Source: Neoechinorhynchus agilis
Lineage: Eukaryota > Animalia > Acanthocephala
Length of the DNA: 11,770 nucleotides
Assembly: GCA_051530055.1 (NCBI GenBank)
Contig: JBMGUZ010000078.1
Coordinates: 1-11,770, forward strand
Direction: 5' to 3'
Position numbers and translations under genes: made by a program. Below the pieces are notes generated by a model that searched no databases, was not told where the DNA came from, and worked only from the letters and a program-made list of their open reading frames with translations. Positions 1 through 7,900 of the stretch are shown here, in pieces; positions within the stretch are counted from its first letter, which is position 1; each line of letters opens with the position of its first letter.

Positions 1-869
1 AATCGAAAATTTGAGTTGGGATGAGTGAGCCTTCGAGAGTTGTGCGACTAGAAGAAATGTTCACCATTATCTCGGCTCACATTCTTGCCGTAGCGCTGAA
101 CGCTGTGCTACCTTTTTTAAAACAAAGAATAAATGGCCGTCCACGCAGATGGAAAATAAACAATGGCTAAATAGGAACTCATAAAAGCGTTTATATTTTT
201 CTGTTTTCGTTCTTGGATTGCTCTCTAACATTTGAACATTGAATTTCATATTCAACAAAAGTACGATATTGCATAAAAATGAAGTACTCAAGAGATAAAA
301 AAGTTAAATGTATAACTCAGTACTGATGAAGATAGACCACTGAATTATGAACGTACGAGTGGTGAATGGTACAATAGAAACTGATGCCGTTTTATTTTAA
401 AATTTGCAATACACACCAACAATTTTAGTTGGCATTCAGGCATGTGTATATGCAAATAAAAGTTGTTTACAATTCAGATATTTGATTTTGCTTCGTTCAC
501 GTATTTGCTCTGCCTTCTAACTCGTATCACGAACAATTTTTGTCGACCTTTCTCCCATTAAGAATATTCACGATATTTTAATGCGCCACAATTACTGCGC
601 AAAGTATATTTCGTAAGTTTTAAATTTTTGTTGAAAAGCTTTTGAATGTGTTGGTACACTAAAAAATTGCGATGATTGCCATATTTGTGATAAAGTGGGC
701 AATAAATTTACAAAAAAGAAAACGCTTCGTCGAAAACTTTCAAATCAGTTTCGAGCTTGAACTTTCTGTTAATCAACAACTCATTAGTAAGCAAAAATGT
801 TTGTGTTTTATTTAGTTATTTGATCCTCTAAACAAAAACACCAACACACAATATTTGTTGTTGGCAATT

Positions 870-965
870 ATGATGGAACGAGGATGTGACGAATCGAAGA
901 GACCCCCTAAATACTCAATCATTATTGCCTATCGATACTCATCTCGTGTTCCGGCGTATTCATGA
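870..965 (+). other. Possible 31-codon upstream ORF whose TGA overlaps the RPB5 ATG (ATGA at 962-965)
   Basis: Manual translation from ATG at 870 gives MMERGCDESKRPPKYSIIIAYRYSSRVPAYS*. It is a short ORF with no evidence of transcription or translation. Confidence 0.25.
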
Positions 966-1705
966 CAGGGCAATCGAAACAGTCGACAGCTTCAAGTCCA
1001 AGTTTGTTACAGGATGAAACTAAGAAGATCGTCGTTGGTAAGCTTCCGGGTGACGAATTCATAACGAAGTGCAATATCCCAACAGAGCAGTCAATGAAAG
1101 ATCGAGCTCTTTTTCGGATTCGAAAAACGGTTTTTCAAATGATTCGCGATAGAGGATATGCCATTCGACATGAGGAACTTAATGAAACATTCGAACAATT
1201 CATGGAAAAGTTCCGAACTCACGACGGTGATATCAAGCGAGCCGATCTTGATATTCTTGTTACGGATCAGACCGCATCGAGGAATCTTCTTGTCTATTTT
1301 GTGGAATCCGAAAAGTTTGGCATCCATTTTATCGAAACGACAATATTAAAACTTTATACGGAAAAGGCCGAGCATTGTATTTTAATTTCAAAAAAACTGC
1401 CAACAGCAAAAGCAATGAATCTAATGAAACACGGAAAACATGAGTGCACCATTGAACACTTCCTGGACAGTGAATTAATGTTTAACATAACTCAACACGA
1501 ACTCGTTCCGCCACATATAAGAATGAGCGAGGACGAAAAGAAAGTGATTCTTGAAAAGTATGGATTGTCGGAAAACCAACTTCCAGTTCTCCTAAGAACC
1601 GATCCAGTCGCCAAGTATTACGGCTTCGAAAAGGGAACTTTAGTGCGGATCGTCAGATCTTCAGAAGCTTCTGGAAAATACATATATTATAGATTAGTAT
1701 TGTGA
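962..1705 (+). CDS. RPB5: DNA-directed RNA polymerase I/II/III shared subunit RPB5 (RPABC1/POLR2E family), divergent, with N-terminal extension
   Basis: The 247-aa ORF has the eukaryotic RPB5 N-terminal motif (LFRIRKTVFQMIRDRGY...ETFEQFMEKF) and the RPB5/RpoH C-terminal domain (FNITQHELVPPH...LEKYGLSENQLP...DPVAKYYG...RIVRSSEASGKYIYYRLVL*). Recognised by motif, with no database search. Family similarity starts near Met45 (nt 1094), so the true start is uncertain (962 vs 1094). Confidence 0.95.
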   Translation: MTGQSKQSTASSPSLLQDETKKIVVGKLPGDEFITKCNIPTEQSMKDRALFRIRKTVFQMIRDRGYAIRHEELNETFEQFMEKFRTHDGDIKRADLDILVTDQTASRNLLVYFVESEKFGIHFIETTILKLYTEKAEHCILISKKLPTAKAMNLMKHGKHECTIEHFLDSELMFNITQHELVPPHIRMSEDEKKVILEKYGLSENQLPVLLRTDPVAKYYGFEKGTLVRIVRSSEASGKYIYYRLVL

Positions 1706-1877
1706 TTTTAATTTTCTAGAACGATATAAACTAGTTTAGATTTTTGACGAGGGAAAATTTTTTGGAAGATTTTTACCCAACAGCATGTCTTCCTTTAACA
1801 ATGTAAGGCATAGTAAAATAGCGTTTATTAAATTATTTTCATCAATTGAAAATCCTTCGGGTTAGTCAAAGTATAAT

Positions 1878-1892
1878 TTTGGTGAAAACACT
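1878..1892 (+). repeat. 15-bp exact direct repeat, copy 1 (TTTGGTGAAAACACT)
   Basis: Identical to 3549-3563. Its last 3 nt overlap the start of the hairpin's left arm. The match is seen directly; whether it means anything is uncertain. Confidence 0.55.
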
Positions 1893-1989
1893 CCCGGTAA
1901 TAGCATATTTGATTTATTAGAGATATTTCGCGAGGTAACCTCGCCTCGCGAAATATCTCCAATAAGTCAAATATGCTATTACCGGGAGT
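1890..1989. repeat. 100-bp inverted repeat (hairpin/foldback, possibly MITE-like)
   Basis: The left arm 1890-1935 (ACTCCCGGTAATAGCATATTTGATTTATTAGAGATATTTCGCGAGG) and right arm 1944-1989 are 46-bp reverse complements with 2 mismatches (at 1913 and 1919). The 8-nt spacer is TAACCTCG. Confidence 0.95.
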
Positions 1990-1991
1990 AG

Positions 1992-2469
1992 CAGACAGGG
2001 GCTAACCATGTTCCCGTGAATGGCCTCAGTCAGTCTATCTGGGACAGACCTCTCGTCGCGAGAGCTCACAGCTCTCTACTTTCAGGTTCTCGCGATGGTC
2101 GTCCGAGCTAGATTGTTGGCAGTTTCGACACGAGAATCGGGGGCGTGGTTGGAGGCTGTTCCTCTGGCATCAGTGGGAACTCTTCTTACTGATGAGGTAA
2201 CGAGGATCGCAGTATCCTTAAGACTTGGTCTCCCGATATGCACGCCCCATCGCTGTCGATGTGGGTCTTTGGTTTATGCTTTCGGGCGACACGGTCTCGT
2301 CTGCAGAAGGTCAGGAGGAAGGTTCTCACGCCATTCTGAAATCAATAATGCAATTTCTCGGGCGTTGAGAATGGCGAACTTCGCGAACATTCTGGAACCC
2401 GCCCATCTTTGTCGACTAGACGGCCGTCGACCTGACGGAATTTCGGTACTACCGTGGAGGGCGTGGTAG
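1992..2469 (+). mobile_element. Truncated, frameshifted fragment of an RLE-type non-LTR retrotransposon (CRE-clade-like): post-RT region, CCHC knuckle and partial restriction-like endonuclease
   Basis: The frame of the 2020-2469 ORF reads RARLLAVS..SGAWL.A.P..S.GTLL..E..RIAVSLRLGLPIC.PHRCRCG.....GRHGLVC (knuckle C-x-C-x9-H-x3-C, 2254-2304), then RHSEINN (2329), LEP and DGRRPDG..LPW (RPD at 2428-2436). This is the motif order I recognise from CRE-like elements. A different frame, 1992-2111, reads QTGANHVPVNGLSQSIWDRPLVARAHSSLLSGSRDG, matching the Q..WD.PL motif that precedes RARLL and implying a frameshift near 2095-2103. TAG at 2467-2469 comes before the expected WD.T motif. The segment is visibly more GC-rich than its flanks (to about 2520). 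Confidence 0.85.
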
Positions 2470-3548
2470 CGACAGTCGAGGAAGGAGAGAGGCTAAGATT
2501 TTGCGGACGGTGGTGATTGCATAGTTAATATTGGAATGTATAATAAAACTTATGACTCACCAAAATTATACTAAATTATTTATTTTATACCATTCGTCTA
2601 CGCGGCGTCGCCCGAATGCCACTTGTACATACTGAGATGAAATATGATTTTTATTTTATCGAACAAAACAAAAAGTTCTTGCGAAAAGAAAACGTGATTC
2701 ACTATTTTTTATCAAATTTAAAATTTCCATACTTTGAGTTTAAAATTATTTTTTGGACAACCGACTAGTTAAGTTTTAATTTGCGCTTCTCTCTCCAAAA
2801 AACCAGCTACAGTTTGTCAAAAATGAAATGCTTTAATGTGCAATAAAGAAGATGAAAACAAAGCGAGTTTGAAATAATGCGCAATGTTTTAGGCCATACG
2901 CAACAACTCTTTTTTTTAAAGTTGAACTCTAGGACAAATAGTACAAAACTTGCTTCATCAAAATTTTAAACCCTGATCAGGGTACTCGATTTCAAGTTTC
3001 GCGGCGAAACATCGTTTACTAGCAGCTAGCTATTTAAAGTGATGAAACTCGACAAAGTAAGCTGGGTAAGTTCGTCCCTAGAACCAAATATCTAAGCGTA
3101 GCATATAACTAAAAAATTTCGTAATTATTTTCAGAGCATGCCGTTAATTAGAAGGTACAAATAAATCCACAACACCAGTCTTAGCTCAAAGAATTGCACG
3201 GGTAGAATTTTTAAAGGCATAAGCGTTTATTAATATTAATCTCAGAGAACGGTAGATAAGAAATATGAGAAAAGTGTGTAAATCGAGCACTAAGAAATCC
3301 GGTGTGGGTCAAGCAAATCAAGGCTTAAGAAATTATATGAAAGTGGTTGGTTTTCTAGCACTAACAGTAAAATGTGTCCATAAAATTTTTTACATCTAAT
3401 TGATTATCCTTTCCCGTCTTAATGTAATTGATATTTCATTGAACTAGAATAGAAAAGTGTGTCCTAGTTGATCAAAGTAGTAAAGAACTCATTTAGAAGC
3501 TAAAATCCGAGACGAATAGGATACGACAAGCGTAGCGACGTCACATAG

Positions 3549-3563
3549 TTTGGTGAAAACACT
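3549..3563 (+). repeat. 15-bp exact direct repeat, copy 2 (TTTGGTGAAAACACT)
   Basis: Identical to 1878-1892. Confidence 0.55.
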
Positions 3564-4199
3564 ATACCGTCAACCCACGTTTATTCGATTTGACCAATTA
3601 AATCGAAGAGGAAGTTTGTAAAACAAATCAAAAAGATCGGTAGCTGCATTGGACACTTTTTATGCCGTTTTCAAAATCCATAGAATTACGACGTACGAAA
3701 CATTTGTACTTTGCTAGGTAAGCATACTTTTTGGGAAACATTCATAACTTTGAATTACGGATTTATTCTAATGAAAACACTGACCGCCTATTGAGGCGGC
3801 ATTTAGTGTTTTGCTCAAGTACCTTCATTTCGACCTCATCGTTAATTTTTACATCGAAGACATGGATTTGTAAAAATCGAAAATTTCCTGGGAAGATAAA
3901 TACAGAAATTTTAAAATATACCTTGTTTGAGACATACCTTAGTGTCACTATCGCAAAATAAACTTTTCATGACGTTACACTTGCAATGAACCTTATTAAA
4001 TGGATTCCCCTCAAACTATGTTCATATATTGTTGTTTTTGTAGTAATGTTCCCTCGTTTCAGGGTCGCCTGCGCCAATTCGTTGGGGCAGGTATAAAAAA
4101 CAAGATAGGAATTCCGAATTTCGGCTTTTGCAATGCATTCACTGGATTTCTAAGAGGCAAAACAAACATGCAAACCGGCCGAGAGTTTCTCCTACATAT

Positions 4200-4902
4200 A
4201 AAAAGTTTTGATCCAGGTATCGCGCGTCTATACGAAATTTTGACCATTTTAGGTCTAAAAACGCCAAACGAAAATTGACCTACTATGGAATATCCCGCGC
4301 CTATAGGAAGTTTACCATTTTAGCTATAAAAGTCCAAGTGAAAATTCAACCCAGGAATATCTCGCACTTAGTGGTTGACCATTTTAGGTCTAAATACCAA
4401 GTGAAAATTGAACCCTGGAATATCTCGCATATAGAAGTTGGCAAATTTATCTCTAAGAACGCCCAAAGTGGAAAACTGATCCACGAATATACCGCACCTA
4501 GAAGTCGTAAATTTTATATCAAAGAAAGTCCAAGGGAGAAAACTGACTAAATGCATATCTTGCGGCTTTACGAAGTTTTGACCATTTCATGTTTCAGAAC
4601 GAAAAAAGTGGAACACTGACCCCACTGACCCAAGGAATATCCTGCGCTTCTACAAAGTTTTGACCATTTTATGTACAACGCCCAAAGTGGAAAACTGACT
4701 CATGAATATCTTAAGCCCCTACAAAGTTTCGACCATTTCATATCTAAGAACACAAAAAAGCGGAAAACGCACCCATGAATATCTTGCGCTTCTAAAAACT
4801 TTTGACCATTTTATGTCAAAGAACGTATAAAACAGAAAACTGACCACATGAACATCTTGCGTCCCTACAAAGTTTTGACCATTTAAGTTCCTAAGAACAC
4901 GT
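4200..4902. repeat. Degenerate edge of the satellite array (about 10 eroded monomers, many 63-72 bp)
   Basis: Recurrent remnants of the monomer motifs (TTTGACCATTTT, GAATATCT.GC, CCAAG..GAAAA.TGAC) appear from about 4200. Similarity to the 76-bp consensus rises rightward. The left boundary is approximate. Confidence 0.85.
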
Positions 4903-7900
4903 CCAAGGGAGAAAACTGACCCCATGAATATCTTGCGCCTGTAGAAAGTTTTGACCATTTCAGGTCCTAAGAACACGTCCAAGGGAGAAAACTGACCCCA
5001 TGAATATCTTGCGTCTGTAGAAAGTTTTGACCATTTCAGGTCCTAAGAACACGTCCAAGGGAGAAAACCGACCCCCATGAATATCTTGCGCCTGTTGAAA
5101 GTTTTGACCATTTTAAGTCATAAGAACACGTCCAAAGGGAGGAAACTGACCCCATGAACATCTTGCGCCTGTTGAAAGTTTCTACAATTTCAGGTCCTAA
5201 GAACACGTCCAAGGGAGAAAACTGACCCCATGAATATCTTGCGCCTGTAGAAAGTTTTGACCATTTCAGGTCCTAAGAACACGTCCAAGGGAGGAAACTG
5301 ACCCCATGAATATCTTGCGCCTGTAGAAAGTATTTACCATTTCAGATCCTAAGAACACGTCCAAGGGAGAAAACTGACCCCATGAATATCTTGCGCCTGT
5401 AGAAAGTATTTACCATTTCAGGTCCTAAGAACACGTCCAAGGGAGAAAACTGACCCCATGAATATCTTGCGCCTCTACAAAGGGTTGACCATTTTATATC
5501 TAAGGACGCCCAAGGAGAAAACTGACCCCGATGAATATCTTGCGCCTCAACAAAGCTTGACCATTTTGGATCTAAGAACGATAAAGGGAGAAAACTGACC
5601 TCATGAATATCTTGTGCCTCTACAAAGGTTTGACCATTTTAGGTCCTAAGAACACGTCCAAGGAAGGAAACTGACACCATTTTAGGTACTAAGAACACGT
5701 CCAAGGGAGAAAACTGACCCCATAAATATCCTGCGAATGTAGAAAGTTTTGACCATTGTAAGTCCTAAGAACACGTTGAAGGGAGAAAACTGACCCAATG
5801 AATACCTCGCGCCTGTAGAAAGTTTCTACCATTTTAAGTCCTAAGAACACGTCCAAGGGAGAAAACTGACCCCATGAATATCTTGCGCCTGTAGAACGTT
5901 TCTACCATTTTAAGTCCCAAGAACACGTTCTAGGGAGAAAACTGACCCGATGAATATCTTGCGCCTGTAGAACGTTTCTACCATTCTACGTCCTAACAAC
6001 ACGTCCAAGGGAGAAAACTGACCCCATGAATATCTTGCGCCTGTAGAACGTTTTTACCATTTTAGGTCCTAAGAACACGTCCAAAGGGAGGAAACTGACC
6101 CCATGAATATCTTGCGCCTGTAGAACGTTTTGACCATTTTAGGTCCTAAGAACACGTCCAAAGGGAGGAAACTGACCCCACGAATATCTTGCGCGTGTAG
6201 AACGTTTCTACCATTTTAGGTCCTAAGAACACGTCAAAGGGAGAAAACTGACCCCATGAATATCTTGCGCCTGTAGAAAGTATTTACCATTTTAGGTCCT
6301 AAGAACACTTGCAAGGGAAAAAACTGACCCCATGAATACCTTGCGCCTGTAGAAAGTTTCTACCATTTTAGGTCCTAAGAACACGTCCAAGGGAGAAAAC
6401 CGACCCCCATGAATATCTTGCGCCTGAAGAAAAGTTTTGACCATTTTAGGTCCTAAGAACACGTCCAAGGGAGAAAACTGACTCCATGAATATCTTGCGC
6501 CTGTAGAAAGTATTTACCATTTCAGGTCCTAAGAACACGTCCAAGGGAGAAAACTGATCCCATGAATATCTTGCGCCTGTAGAAAGTTTTGACCATTTTA
6601 CGTCCTAAGAACACGTCCAAGGGAGAAAACTGACCCCATGAATATCTTGCGCCTGTAGAAAGTTTCTACCATTTTAGGTCCTAAGAACACGTCCAAGGGA
6701 GAAAACCGACCCCCATGAATATCTCGCGCATGTAGAAAGTTACACGTCCAAGGGAGAAAACTGACCCCATGAATATCTTGCGCCTGTAGAAGGTTTTGAC
6801 CATTTTAAGCCTAAGAACACGTTCAAGGGAGAAAACTGACCCCATGAATATCTTGCGCCTGTAGAAAGTTTTGACCACTTTAAGTCCTAAGAACACGTCC
6901 AAGGGAGAAAACTGATCCCATGAATATCTTGCGCCTGCAGAAAGTTTTGACCATTTTACGCCCTACGAACACGTCCAAGGGAGAAAACTGACCCCATGAA
7001 TATCTTGCGCCTGAAGAAAGTTTTAACCATTTTAGGTCCTAAGAACACGTCCAAGGGAGAAAACTGACTTCATGAATATCCTGCGCGTGTTGAAAGTTTC
7101 TACCATTTTAGGTCCTAAGAATACGTCCAAGGGAGAAAACTGACCCCATGAATATCTTGCGCCTGTTAAAAGTTTTCACCATTTTACGTCCTAAGAACAC
7201 GCCCAAGGGAGGAAACTGACTCCATGAATATCTAGCGCCTTTAGAAAGTTTGACCATTTTAAGCCTAAGAACACGTCCAAGGGAGAAAACTGACCCCATT
7301 AATATCCTGCGCCTGTTGAAAGTTTTGACCATTTTAAGTCCCAAGAACACGTTGAAGGGAGAAAACTGACCCCATGAATATCTAACGCCTCTAGAAAGTT
7401 TTGACCATTTTAAGTCCTGAGAACACGTCCAAGGGAGAATGCTGACCTCATGAATATCTTGCGCCTCCACAAAGTTTTGACCATTTCAGGTCCTAAGAAT
7501 ACGTCCAAGGGAGAAAACTTACCCCATGAATATCTTGCGCCTGAAGCAAGTTTTAACCATTTTAGGTCCTAAGAACACGTCGAAGGGAGAATACTGAAAC
7601 CATGAATATCTTGCGCCTGTTGGAAGTTTTGACCATTTTAAGTCATAAGAACACGTCCAAGGGAGAAAACTGACCCCATTAATATCTTGCGCATCTAGAA
7701 AGTTTTGACCATTTTAAGTCTAAGAACACGTCGAAGGGAGAAAACTGACCCCATTAATATCTTGCGCCTGTGAAAGTTACACGTCCAAGGGAGAAAACTG
7801 ACCCATGAATATCTTGCGCCTGTAGAAAGTTTTGACCATTTTAAGTCCTAAGAACACGTCCAAGGGAGAAAACTGACCCCATGAATATCTTGCGCCTGTA

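Noticed and set aside
67-291. 74-aa minus-strand ORF (and an ATG at 67-65 open to the window's left edge)
   Set aside because: No recognisable motif and composition typical of AT-rich non-coding DNA. The edge-open frame is only about 22 codons and cannot be assessed.
1091-1349. ORFs 1091-1327 (-) and 1158-1349 (+)
   Set aside because: Shadow frames overlapping the well-supported RPB5 CDS.
962-1705. Giant-virus or archaeal origin of the RPB5 gene
   Set aside because: It has the full eukaryote-type N-terminal domain that archaeal RpoH lacks, and no viral genes flank it. The satellite and retroelement context is cellular eukaryotic. An endogenised viral copy cannot be formally excluded without a phylogeny.
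2020-2469. Intact 149-aa cellular zinc-finger gene
   Set aside because: Homology continues upstream in another frame and is cut by a premature stop. It is better explained as a retrotransposon relic.
2592-2619. Small inverted repeat CATTCG...CGAATG
   Set aside because: Only a 6-bp stem, consistent with chance.
3064-3725. Consensus-like splice donors (GGTAAGT near 3065, AGGTAAGC near 3716)
   Set aside because: No coding exon could be linked to them, and such hexamers are expected by chance.
3731-4556. Short ORFs 3731-3961, 3763-3948, 4000-4278, 4059-4247, 4275-4550 and 4368-4556
   Set aside because: No recognisable domains. Some lack a true ATG in the sequence, they overlap on both strands, and the last two lie in degenerate satellite.
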